DNA of 64,000 nt from Sporopachydermia quercuum (Eukaryota), in the NCBI GenBank assembly GCA_001599295.1, contig BCGN01000001.1:1178001-1242000 (forward strand), given 5' to 3'. A program made the translations under genes and the position numbers. Under the pieces are notes generated by a model that made no database searches, was not told the DNA's origin, and saw nothing but the letters and a program-made list of their open reading frames with translations. This document shows positions 33,558 through 48,417 of this stretch, in pieces (within the stretch, counting starts at the first letter, position 1; the number at the start of each line of letters is the position of its first letter).

Positions 33558-34603
33558 TTAGAAGAAGAGCCAGCCAATCAAAAAAGCGATAAAAGCTAAC
33601 AAGGCAGCTGTTGTAACAGGAACACCTTCAATCTTTGAACTTTTGGCAACTTTTTCTTGAGGGGGCTCAACCACAGTTGATCTATCCTTATTAGATTCCA
33701 TCTTTTGATTCAATTGATTAATTCTTTCTTGTGATTTCTTCAATTCACTCTCAACTGTAGGATCAGCAGCCAATGTAGATTTAGTAGTCTGGCCTGGAGA
33801 GTGGAAACCGTTTTCACCATCGGAAGCCGACGAAGCCAAATGAGAGCCACCATGGGCTGCGACAACAGGGGCAGCAGCAGCAGCCGGCTCAACAGGTACA
33901 TGGGATGAAGCCGGAACCGAGCCTTGGTTGGCGGTTGCAACAACAGGAGTTGATTCCTCCTTGGGGCGAAAGTTGTAGACAACCTTGATCTTCTTGTTGA
34001 CGATCTGACCTTTGTTTTCTTGTTCTATCGTTGACCATATTTCATTCAACGGATACTTTGCTTGTTCATCTGAAACAGGAATGGAAACCAAAAGGAACTT
34101 ATCCTTGCAAACGTAATCAGGCGATGGTTCTTCCCTGAATCCTTGCAAAATTACTATGGACTAGTTAGTAGTCATACCTTGGATCAAATATCACACTTTA
34201 TGCAAATGCGGTAAAATCAAAAAAAAATAAAATCATTCCAACGATATATACTTACTAGAAACTTGTACCTCTGCACCTGGCTTCACATAAGCTGAGTTCG
34301 GTCGAACACAGTAGCTAATTTGGTTAGAGCATTAGTCCATAGCCGACCTCATGATCAAACAGACAAGGTCTTAGTATTACCTCTCTAACTAAAGATACAT
34401 ACGTTTTGGGAGCAGTCGTTCGGACTTTGAAGGCATATGTTGTATCTGAACTATTAGAGATAGTGAGCACCTCAGTAGATGATTGCGTGAAAGGTGCTAC
34501 ATGATCTATGTTAGTAGACTAATCAAAAATCAAGCTCAGCAAGCCCAACGCATAGTTATTCTTACGTACCATAAAACTTTAGCGTTCCTGGTGTGACTTC
34601 CAT
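33558..34603 (-). CDS. SCS2: VAP-family ER membrane protein Scs2; exons 34603-34570, 34496-34403, 34314-34256, 34153-33558; 260 aa
   Basis: Spliced MSP domain AFKVRTTAPKTYCVRPN, CKDKFL; C-terminal TM LLAFIAFLIGWLFF. Confidence 0.92.
34154..34255 (-). other. SCS2 intron 3, 102 nt
   Basis: GTAAGT, TACTAAC, TAG; phase 1 into final exon. Confidence 0.88.
34315..34402 (-). other. SCS2 intron 2, 88 nt
   Basis: GTATGT, CTCTAAC or GACTAAT branch, TAG; rebuilds APKTYCVRPN. Confidence 0.88.
34497..34569 (-). other. SCS2 intron 1, 73 nt
   Basis: GTACGT, TACTAAC, TAG; phase 1. Confidence 0.85.
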
Positions 34604-35220
34604 TTTGACTTCAGCTGACTATTTTACTTCCGTGATGTTGATCTTACTGTTAAACGACAAANCCTTTGTTGTATGAATTAACACGCGATTGAATTACTCA
34701 GCACACTCGATTAAACAGTTATCAGTCTCAATATGGTCCTTTTGATCAGAATCAATTCAATGCTGAAAAGGAGCAATCAATTTCTGGATCTACTTCTGAC
34801 TTATAGCTTAAACAGCTTCTGACATTTATTTGATATTTTGATGAATAATGACTTGGTCAATAAAGTCAATAAGAACCGGTTAACTGTTCATTTTTAAGCC
34901 GAATTATCTGGTAAAGCCAACAAGTAGGCATTTGGAGAGTAGAATTAGAAGGGTTCTACTAAGGAGCAAATTAAAGATTACGTTATACTAATAATACTCA
35001 CAAGAATTGAATATGCCGTCATCCTAAAATTAAAAATAAATCTACATTATCTCCGTAATTGTTTTCCTATCATTTCCGTAAATAGATAGAAGTGAAGTAA
35101 ATGTGGAGTAAATGTGAGGTAAATATGGATGGAAAATCGAAGTACGGAGTACGAAAACTCATTATTACTAGTATGAAAACATAATAAACAATTTATTGGA
35201 GTTGTATATAAACACTAAAC

Positions 35221-36637
<1,417 letters not shown>

Positions 36638-37321
36638 TTTCCCTAACAATATTATATATATATACAGTTAGACTAAGTCTATCTAACTATCATAATTTCA
36701 CATCAGCCTTGAAACATGAGCTCTAAGGGCAGTATCAGTAGAAGACTTTTTGAATGGTACTATGACAATGGAACCTGAAAGACAGGGAAAAAGGTTTAAA
36801 AGAATGAATAAGAGTCAGGAACCTCATATGGGACAAATAGCCTTTTGTCCAAAAACAGATGAATGAAATACATACTGCTATCCCGACTGCTCTCTGGGCT
36901 TTGTTCTATAGGTAATGGAATATATCCTGGAGAACTATATAACGAAATAGGGTGATGATAATGAGAGCTNCTACTTAATGTGGATGATTACGTATAGGAC
37001 ATGAGAATAGGTCTTTTGAAGACTCCGGTAATACTCAATGCGCTTAGGAATTGCAGGTTAGAATGTTAGGTAGAGGAGTAGTAGGGACTCATTGGGCTGT
37101 CCAGAAGTGAGAAGTAACAGTGAATGATACAGTAGAGAACTATGTGCATAGTTAATTTTTACTTAGGAAAGAACATGTAGATCTGTTATGGTTGGTTAAA
37201 GCACATTTGATGAAGTAGTGAAAAGGTTGTTTCAACGTTAATATCGAAATACAAAATTTACCTATTCTCAGTGTTGTACGTAAAGTGAAGCAGAAATGCA
37301 TATGCTTTGAATCTATATAAC

Positions 37322-38503
37322 CTAATGGAGTTTCAGCTCCTCTTTTTCCATACCATCCTGATTTCTATCCAAAACCGCGACTTTTCTAACTGACTTCTTG
37401 ACAGTTGGCCTTTTTACTCTGCACCATAAATCAACCCGATCATTGGTAATGAAATCCCAAATCACTCTAGACCAGCTATCATGCTTNGGCAAAGGTTCAT
37501 AAAACTCGTTCGCTATGTCATAAACCTGATATAGCCTAGTCCACGGAATGAACGGGAAGTCATGATGCTCATTATGAAGGCCAACATTATAAACCAGTAT
37601 ATTGAATACTCCATAGTAACTGAAAGTCTCTGGAGGAGGAGCATCATTTTCAACAGTGTAATGCTCCGGTGGATCAAGATTGTAGTGTTCAGCAATGAAA
37701 TGACCAGCCAACGGATGTAGAGAGCCAGCCAGAAATGATGACATTAGAAGATAGAACATTGAATACCATCCTAGATACTTTACGATGAAATAATCAATTG
37801 TGAATTGATATACTAGATTCATCAAATGGAATTTTGTCATCTTGACTTGAGTAACACACATTGGCCGAATAGCATAAAATAATAGTTGAAAAGTGCAGAA
37901 GAATGTTTTCCCTAAGATATTGGAAAACATTATAGCTTCCAGCTTAGTTGGTAAATCAGTATCGTAGGTTTCATCACCTTGAAATTTATGGTGCAGTTGA
38001 TGATATGGTTGAAAGGAAGCACTATAAGGAACACCTATAGGCATATTAGCGAAAATAGAGAATAGCTTATTATGCAAAGGCTTCTTGAATCCTAAGTTAT
38101 GACTTAGCTCATGAATAGCAAGAAAAATGTTTTGATTGCATGTCGCTCCAATAACATAGGCTAGTAATAGGAATTCCCATGAAAATGGATGCGTGTTGCG
38201 TAGGAAGTATGCAATTGAGAATTGGACAAGAATGACAAATAAAACGACATATTTCGTCAAAGGCTCATGACCACATAATTTTGATATCTCAGGATGCTTC
38301 TTCAAGATAGCTTTCCGCCGACTTCTATGAGGCTCTTCTTGATAAGTCCAGAACCAATCAGGAGTAGTATTCTCAACATTATGATCTATAGTAGTTGAGA
38401 TTTTCGCTGTTTGTTCTGAATCAAATCTCGACTTATCAACTTCCCCAAAAGCTCTATGCGGGGTGCCTGTACCATTTGATCCAGGTAATACTTGGACCAC
38501 CAT
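37322..38503 (-). CDS. DES1: Sphingolipid delta-4 desaturase, 393 aa
   Basis: EEPHRSRRKAIL N-terminal motif and three His boxes HELSH, HQLHH, HNEHH. Confidence 0.92.
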   Translation of the reverse strand: MVVQVLPGSNGTGTPHRAFGEVDKSRFDSEQTAKISTTIDHNVENTTPDWFWTYQEEPHRSRRKAILKKHPEISKLCGHEPLTKYVVLFVILVQFSIAYFLRNTHPFSWEFLLLAYVIGATCNQNIFLAIHELSHNLGFKKPLHNKLFSIFANMPIGVPYSASFQPYHQLHHKFQGDETYDTDLPTKLEAIMFSNILGKTFFCTFQLLFYAIRPMCVTQVKMTKFHLMNLVYQFTIDYFIVKYLGWYSMFYLLMSSFLAGSLHPLAGHFIAEHYNLDPPEHYTVENDAPPPETFSYYGVFNILVYNVGLHNEHHDFPFIPWTRLYQVYDIANEFYEPLXKHDSWSRVIWDFITNDRVDLWCRVKRPTVKKSVRKVAVLDRNQDGMEKEELKLH

Positions 38504-39960
38504 TGTAGTTCGAAAGTTCTATTCTAAAGTGCTAAATGATCTGATGAAATCTAACACAAGACAAACTGAGTGTACAGTTAAGCAAACACAGTTTGTTCGT
38601 TGATTATCACTCACTTTATTCGAGAACTACTTCAGATACTGAATACAACCAATGATCAGTTCAGCTGTCGTCGTAGCTATACATTCCATAAAAGAATCGT
38701 AAAGATAGAAACGCATCAATGTATATCGAAAAATAAAATATAAGGTGATCAAAACGAGGATATGTTTTTTAGGTTTGAATAGCACATGTATGTGGTGCAG
38801 GAGCTGCATTAGTTTGCCATACATTTGAGTTCGAAGACAAAATGTTTGATGGGAGATTCATTTGTGCGATTGTCAAGAATTTTCAATTTCAGTTGNCCAG
38901 ATAATAATATAGTATTTGAAAACGGACTCAATAATAAAAANGATTTGCTGAACATATGTTTTCTTAATAGTTTTGAGAATGTCTTGACATATTCCGAGGG
39001 TANTTTTTTCCTGCAACAATCTGCAATAGTCTGTAAGCATCAGTTTGGGCCTTTTGAAAGAATTGATGCATGCATACGCAAGTGTATGTACAAAAGCACT
39101 TTTACGCATTAACATGCATAGTAAATGGCCTTTCTATTCATGCCTGAAATTTTCTACCGAGCATTGTCTCAGTAGTAAGTAGCTCTCAGCAATACTTACC
39201 GAGCTTATCAGTGATGAGAGATGGAAAGNTAGCCCAAATTAAGTACCATCTTGATAAATAGATGCACATTGATTTAATCTTCAACTCAATACAATCAATT
39301 GAGATTGTCCTGTTTCAGAGAATATCTTTTCCTATGAAATCAGGTCTCAGCGATTGAAAATTATACTTTCTTTTGGTTTCGCANCGTCTCTTTTACATTA
39401 CTTCTTGATTCACAAACTTTTACGACCTACTTGATATATTTAGAGCTTTTTATATCAGATATCTAAGCAATTAATACATAGCAGTATTATCAATTTTTTC
39501 TGTGCTTTTCTACTCGTATTTCAGCTATTCTCTCTTCCGTTCATCCTGCTCTCCTTTACCTGCAGAAAATGCATCTAGTACATCAGAGTCCCATAACCCA
39601 CCCACCTCAAACCTCCTTGGGATGCAAATTACCCAACCAGTGGAAAGATCCAAGCTAACATTTTACTCCGCTCACGAGAAAAAGTACCCTTTGTTTAAAA
39701 TTACACGCAATAAAACATAGACAACGTAATCACCCCTCATTGGAATCTGACATAGTCGGGAAATCGGTAAGTTAGCTAAAACATAAGCAAGATACATACA
39801 TACCCTTGAGTACTGAACTGTGTATATAAAACAGGAGTAACCCAATTGGAAAAAAACCTGAATTGTTTGCACAATTGATTACAAATAAGAAATAGTGGTT
39901 ATCATTAGTGATAATAGTATAAAGCCAGGTTAGAGGAAGCAGAAAGTTAGTCAGCAGGCC

Positions 39961-41586
39961 ATGTCATTCAAAAGATTGAGTGGCATTACTAGCTTGAGAT
40001 CAACTATCCGATCAAACAGTTTAAAAATGCCATTAAAAGCAAGAATGAGTACTAGTGCATTACCAAACGTAAGTAATGGAAAGAACATAAAAGGCAACTG
40101 ATCAAATTTGGAGAATCGATTGATGGATTGCCTGATTTTCTGGCTTTTGTTTTTCTTATCTTCTAGTTCCTGATGAGTATTGTAGATGAAATGTGTCATA
40201 CTAACATTGGAATAGAGTCTAGCCTTCGAAGAGGATGCTGATGATGTTCTCTTCAAGGTCAATGGAGTAGTTCGTACTGTTGAGTTGAATAGACCAAAAA
40301 AATTAAACTCACTGAACTATTCAATGGCCAATAAGATTTTACCAAGACTGGTTGAATATGCAAAATCAGATTTGGCCAAGATCATTGTGCTTAAAGGTAA
40401 TGGTGGTAAAGCATTATGTGCTGGTGGTGATGTTGCAGCTCTTTCAAAATTGAATGCTCAAGGACCAGAAGGTAGTAAATTATCAGCCGACTACTTTCAG
40501 AAGGAATATTCGTTAGATTTGTTGATTGCAACATATTCTAAGCCTTATGTTGCTATCATGGATGGTATCACCATGGGTGGAGGATGCGGTTTGAGTATTC
40601 ACGCTCCATTCAGAGTGGCCACTGAAAAGACAAATGTTGCAATGCCAGAAATGGCTATTGGATTTTTCCCTGATGTTGGGGCAACATTTTTCTTACCAAG
40701 ATTAGATGGTAAATTGGGCTATTATCTTGCCTTAACTGGTCAATCATTAAAAGGTGTTGATGCATTAGTTGCAGGATTTGCTACTCATTATGTTCCATCA
40801 GAAAGATTAGCAGACTTAGAAGCAAAACTTGCAGCATTAGAAGCTCCATTTTCTCCCGAACTGGACGAATATTTCTCAATTGTAAATGATACAATTGCAG
40901 ATTATACTGAAAGTATTCCTGAAGATTATGAATTTTCAATTACTGATGCCCAAAGAGATCTTATAGATAAAGCATTCAGCCAAAAGACTGTTGAAGGAAT
41001 CGTTGACTACTTGAAGAAATCAGAAGTGGAACAAGAGTTTGCTACAAAAACCGTTGAATCCCTTTTAGAGCGTAGTCCATTGTCACTAAAGGTTTCATTG
41101 GCCCTTCTTCATAGAGCTGAAGAATTAGATATTACGGTTGCATTAGAACGTGAATTAGAAACAGCAGAGAGTTTCATGTACAAGTCAGATTTCACTGAGG
41201 GTGTTGACGCCAAGCTACTTTCAAAACCTGCCCGCAAGCCAAATTGGAATCCTGCAACCCTCTCCGATGTTACATCAGAGATTGTTCAGTCATATTTAAA
41301 GCCAATGCCAGACACTTCTGTTNCTCCTCTCGATACTTTCACTGATAAGACTTACGATGAGTACCCATATAACTTCGGATTACCAACTGAAAAGGAAGTG
41401 AGATCATACATTACAGGGGAAGATAAATCAAATAGACGTTACTTGCCCACCAAGGATGAAGTTGTGAAGGAGTTTGCAAATAGAACCAAGAACAAGAATG
41501 GTGCCAAATGGAAGGTCAACAATATTTTGAAGAGAAAATCTGCTCCTTCGGAATATGAACCTTCTTATATTGATTGGGTTGACTAA
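39961..41586 (+). CDS. EHD3: 3-hydroxyisobutyryl-CoA hydrolase-like mitochondrial protein; exons 39961-40068 and 40216-41586; 492 aa
   Basis: Basic presequence-like exon 1; LNRPKKLNSLN, CAGGDV, MDGITMGGG, AMPEMAIGFFPDVG, DFTEGV. Confidence 0.9.
40069..40215 (+). other. EHD3 intron, 147 nt
   Basis: GTAAGT, TACTAAC 40199-40205, TAG; phase 0. Confidence 0.9.
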
Positions 41587-42123
41587 TTATATTTAATCTT
41601 TTTTGTATAATTATAGAATGTTTTATAACAACTGGACCCAACCTTACCAATCATCTTGTCTATACTATCATTATACTATGTTTACGTACTTAGGTTTATT
41701 CTATTTGTAGATAGAAATCTGCTTTCATAAAAGTTGTTGAATAACAAGGTTAAGATATCTCGTCTACTTTCAATTCAAACCAACTTGTTGATCGTGAACC
41801 TTTAGGATGAAATAGGCAAGTATCGGAAATAAAAGTGTNACTTATAATTTCCGGAATTGAGGTCCTCTGATTAAGGATTACATAATCACAAATATTTAAA
41901 TGCAAATTATTTCTACTTGTGTTCGAGTATCATCATCTCTTTTATCAGACANTAAATTCTATCTAAGTTTTTTTTTCTTTCTATTTATTAGCAATTGACT
42001 GTCATATAGACAATATTACTAGTGCAAAGTTGAAGTACAGAGAGGGTGCTTATTACCCGAAAGCCAAATTTGGATATTGATTTCGATTTCAGTATATACC
42101 TAAAGTTCTTTCCAATTGTTAGG

Positions 42124-44584
42124 ATGGCTTGCCCACATATCACAAGTACTAATGTTAGAATCCCTTCACCATATGATGCAGTTCATAAAGATGAATGTAC
42201 TATGTGTTTCGACACCACTGTATGTTGAATCAATGAGAAGGAATTTTTTTGNCTGTTGTTTATTGAATTTAATTTTGAGTTTTTGTTTTGTTTATGGATC
42301 CAAGCTAGATTCCCTACTGGCAAGCTACTAACCATATTTCTAGGAATCAGAGTATGGTGTAGATGTATGCTTGGCATGTTTCAATAGTGGATCAAGAGAT
42401 CCAAATATGGATCATACAAGGTTTCACTATCAATTGACATCCCATCCAGTTATTGTGAACATCAAAAAGAGACGTAAGGATGATCTAGACACTCGTAAGA
42501 ATAAAATAGCTAAACTTGAAATCAAAGAAGAGTCTGAAAAAGAACTTTACACTACCACCACACAGGTACTTTGTTTAGAATGTGAAATGGTACTTGAAAA
42601 GGAAGCGAAGTTAGAAAAAGTTGTTGAGGCAGTTCTAAACGCTGACTCTTATTCTAATAAAGCAGAAGTCAAAGCTTGGGAAGCAGAGATCAAACCCTGT
42701 GAACATAGCATTTCATTAGAGCAGCTAGATATAGATAAGAAAATTACCAACGAGTCTTCCTGCAATGACTGTGATTTGAGAGAAAATCTGTGGCTTTGTC
42801 TGACCTGTGGCAACTTAGGTTGTGGTAGAGCTCAATTTGGAGGAGTAGGAGGACAAAGTCATGGCTTATCACATTATGAAGCCACCAAACACCCCATATC
42901 AGTGAAATTAGGGTCATTGTCTCCAGATGGTGGTGCTGATGTATTTTGTTACAGCTGCAATGATGAAGTCGTTGATCCTAGTGTTGGAAAGCATTTGAGA
43001 AAGTTTGGTATAAATATCGCTGATGTTATAAAGACTGAGAAATCAGTTACTGAATTGAATTTAGAGCAAAATTTACAGTGGAATTTTAAAATGACAGAGG
43101 ATGGGAAATTTTTGAAACCAGTATTTGGACCTGGCTTGACTGGGATGAAGAACCTGGGTAATTCTTGTTATATTGCTTCAGTTGTTCAATGCTTGTTTAC
43201 TGATAGATCTTTTATCGACAAGTTTTACAAACCAGAACCGGCAGAATGGCCGATAACAAACGATCCAGCCAATGATCTAGAAACTCAACTATGCAAATTG
43301 GCCCATGGTTTGTTATCAGGTAAATATTCAGTTCCAGATGAGTTTTCTAAGTCCGAAGACAATGAGGAAGGTGTTCAATATCAAAAGGGAATAAAACCAA
43401 CAATGTTCAAAGATTTGATTGGTAAAGGACACGAGGAATTCTCGTCAATGAGACAGCAAGATGCTTTTGAATTTCTTACTTACTTATTCACTAAGATTGA
43501 TGATTTATATAAGAAAAAAGAGAATCCCGTTTCTGCTTTCAAGTTCGAAATGGAGGAACGTCTTGAATGTAAATCATGCAAAAAAGTCCGTTACAACGGA
43601 CTAAAAACCGACAATATATCATTTTCAGTACCTGCAAATGAACTTGACGATGGAAAGTATCAAGAAGTGTGTCTGATTAAATGCTTTGATAGTTTCACTG
43701 AACCAGAAGAGATTGAATATATATGCAAGTCATGTGCAAATAAGGTTTGGATTAAACAGACTAAGTTCAAAACCTTACCCCAAACCTTAATCGTTAATGC
43801 CAGAAAGTTTGCGCTAATCAATTGGGTACCTTCTAAGCTTGAAATACCTGTTACTATTCCTGAAGGTCCTATTAATCTTGAGAAATATATCAGCTTGGGA
43901 ATTCAACCTGGGGAAGAAATACTAGAGGATGACGAAGAAGATTCTTCCGAAGGTAACAATGCAGATTTTACAGTTAATCCTGAAGCTATGATGATNTTAG
44001 AATCTATGGGATTTCCTGCTAATAGATGCATCCGTGCATTATATAATACAGGCAATTCAAATGCTGAAGAAGCTATGAATTGGATTTTTGCTCATATGGA
44101 TGACGCAGATATTGACACACCTTTTGAGGTACCCCAAGAAGATAAGAAGAATAAGAAGAACGCTGTTTCTGAGGAATCGATCAACTCTTTAATGGCCATG
44201 GGTTTCAGCAGACCTCAGGCTGATAAAGCGTTGAAAGAGTGTAGAGGAAATGTGGAAGCTGCAGTTGAATGGGTTTTCAACAATCCTCAAGATCCAGGAA
44301 TGACAGAAGAAGGTGAAGTTGAAGAAGAAGAAGATAATGATAATGATACAACTGAGCCTGGGGTGATTGGCACAGCTGAGAAGCCAGCCAATTATCTTTT
44401 GAAATCAATAGTATGTCATAAAGGTAGTGGCGTTCAAACTGGTCATTATGTTGCATTTATTCGTAAGAAGGTTGATGATGGGGATGAGCAATGGGTTTTG
44501 TTCAACGATGAGAAAGTAGTTATTAGTGGAGAAGCTGATGAGTTAAAGAAACATGCTTATATTTATATCTTTGAACGTGTCTAA
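42124..44584 (+). CDS. UBP14: Ubiquitin-specific protease Ubp14 (USP5/isopeptidase T); exons 42124-42219 and 42344-44584; 778 aa
   Basis: VHKDECTMCFD, ZnF-UBP NLWLCLTCG, Cys box GMKNLGNSCY, two UBA domains, His box GHYVAF. Confidence 0.95.
42220..42343 (+). other. UBP14 intron, 124 nt
   Basis: GTATGT, TACTAAC 42326-42332, TAG; phase 0. Confidence 0.9.
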
Positions 44585-45250
44585 AACAAGANAAGATAAT
44601 AGCCACCGTCGAGGATAAAATTAAATCCATTCAAGTATGTTTGACGAATAAATTGGATATCGTACACTGTTTCAATATTGAATAACAATGTAAATCATAC
44701 GATATATAATACTGAAAAGAAAGTATATGTTGAAAGGGAAGACTAATATGTTTCAAGAGATGATCAAAGAATTCAGGCATTTATATATTTCTCATTCATT
44801 ATTATCCTTTCTTCTGACTACTTAACTTCCCCGTAAATCAGTAGAGTATAGGCATATAACATGAGTTTTCTGATATCTACGAAAGATTCCAGAATATATA
44901 TGTATAAGTGTACAGTTCGAAAAACTATGATTCATAGAGTACTTAATATTCTTATTCTTTAATCCTGTCATTTTAAACGTCATGGTTATAGGGTATTTCA
45001 TTGAGTATCGTAAAAAAAGCCTGCTCATTATGAGTTACTTTTTTATAATGATGACTTTTAATTAGCTAGCTTTCTTTTGAGACAAATCCTATTTAACTCT
45101 ACAAAAAAGCTCTTTTTATTTATATGTCATACCATGTAATAATGCGATTGCTAGAGTATATAGGAAGACATAGGATATATAACCAAATGAACCAAACAAT
45201 ACTTTTTCTCCTTTCTTCTACCTTGATCCGATTTTCTTTTTTTACATCAT

Positions 45251-46393
<1,143 letters not shown>

Positions 46394-47748
46394 CTAAATA
46401 AATATTTTGTTAGTAATCCCAATCGTATTATTGGTGTGTTGATAGTAGTCGTCGATCGTAAAAGTGGTTGAAACGTTGATTAAGCAAGGTAGATATTCTG
46501 GAGGTTAAAGCTATCACCAAAAAGTAAGATAATGGCTTTACCCATCATCTGAACTTTTCATCAATTATAATCAGTATTTAGTTGATAAGGGATTCAAACC
46601 AGTTGATAGTAACAAGAAATGACGATAATAACAAATGTGGAGTGAAAAACTATTAACAGATTCTTCATAGTGTCACATGTCAAATGAAGAATGAATGACC
46701 TGATGAATAAATGATCATATAATCATTTAACTCGGTAGTAACTCAAAATTCACCACAAAAACTGATGGACCGTTTGTTATAATGAGAATAAAACGAGACA
46801 AATATCAATTTCAAGATAATAGTAGTTGTAGGAATAGAGGAGATATTGATGAACATAGGGTAATGAACTATTGTTAAAGCGTAAAAGATGAGAGTGACGT
46901 ATTGAAAGAGCATAGCCTTCTGGTTGCATGTAATGGGCANAATCTAGTAAAGGGTGGGTATTATGTGGACATCAAAAATGAAAACAAAAAAGCTCCTCGC
47001 TCTTCGTCTGACCCGATGTATGTAATGAGAGAAATCGCATGGAATTGAGTCTTAATAAATGTGATTGTTCGAGAAATGTCTGGGAGATCAAGGTGGCTCA
47101 ACATATTGAGGTGTGAGACACAATTGTCCACCGATATCTCAGCGCTCCAACCAGGTAACCCGATGTTGGTCTATTTCAAATTATTTGACACCAGCTTATT
47201 TCNAGCCTTTCCTCAAAGCATATTCAGTTCATTTGCTGCTTCTTGGAAGAAATTCAATAATGATTAGAATACTTTCCGCCAATCACATCCCATTCATTAA
47301 AATTCAACCTCTTGTCAAGAATCTTAAACAACATAAACGAGATGGACAATCTCAATGCCCATTACTTCCAATTCGTAAATTCTTATATAAAGAAATTACC
47401 ATTCAGTTCCACCTCTCAAATCATCGTTTTCCACGTTTCATCTGAACTGTGAACCTTGCTTCATATCTTATTTTCTTTTTCAAGTATAATACTTACTGGC
47501 ATCTTGATATTATCAGTCAATCAATATACACAAGTTCGAAAAGTTTTCACTTTGAGATTAATCTATAATCTTCTATACTGGGATTCTATATTTCCTATTA
47601 TACAACGTAATAAAAAAAGAAGGAACCATATATCAGTTATTCAAACTTTGCACTATCCAATCTAAATATGTGAAAAAGAAGAAAGAATGAAATAAATAGC
47701 GATGATAGAAATAAAAAAAAAAGTAAAGAGATGGGATTCTGAAAACTC

Positions 47749-47755
47749 TGAGTCA
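47749..47755. promoter_or_regulatory. Gcn4/AP-1-type site TGAGTCA in ARO3-GCN20 divergent intergenic region
   Basis: Perfect 7-mer; ARO3 is a known Gcn4 target in yeasts, but the site is 1.4 kb from the ATG. Confidence 0.35.
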
Positions 47756-48417
47756 TAAAAATCAAACCTTATTTTAATCATGCAGTTTGAGTCTTCCAAC
47801 ATATTTACATGTCCACAATGAAAAAGGAAAAAGTTGCCGATGGCGGATGCATAGCTATTTCTATTGCATAAACATGCATCCCACCGGTTGTTGAGCACTT
47901 TTGTCAAAAATTGTCGTAACAACTGCAAAACAGTAGTTACCTATTAACCACTTATGATCAGCACTTGTATTTAAAGCAGCTGTAATTTCAAAACTCTTTG
48001 AATCTATTCACAATTCAATATTCTTTTGTCTTTCATATTCCTCCGTTTTCGGCTCACCGGCTCATTCAATAAAAATTTTTCAGTTTGCACGTGCAGCACA
48101 TTTTGGTCACATGTNNNNNACATGTGACCACTGTCTCATATCAGGGTGTTCTCATTTACTTAATGTCCACTATCTGATTTGTCCCATTATTGTTTCGTCT
48201 CAAGCTTTCTCAAATGTCCTCTAAAACTATAGGACATTTTCCATTATTTTTTTCAACCAAGCAAAATAGAAAAACAAGTTATGTACATCAGTGAAATTGT
48301 TCGCTCTATCCTTTCCTTTTGAATTTAAACAAAGACCCCATTTCGTTTATCAACAACCCAGTCTAATTTGCCAAACACTGTGAAGACTAGCTAAATTCTT
48401 GCGAGAGTGGTTCGAGA

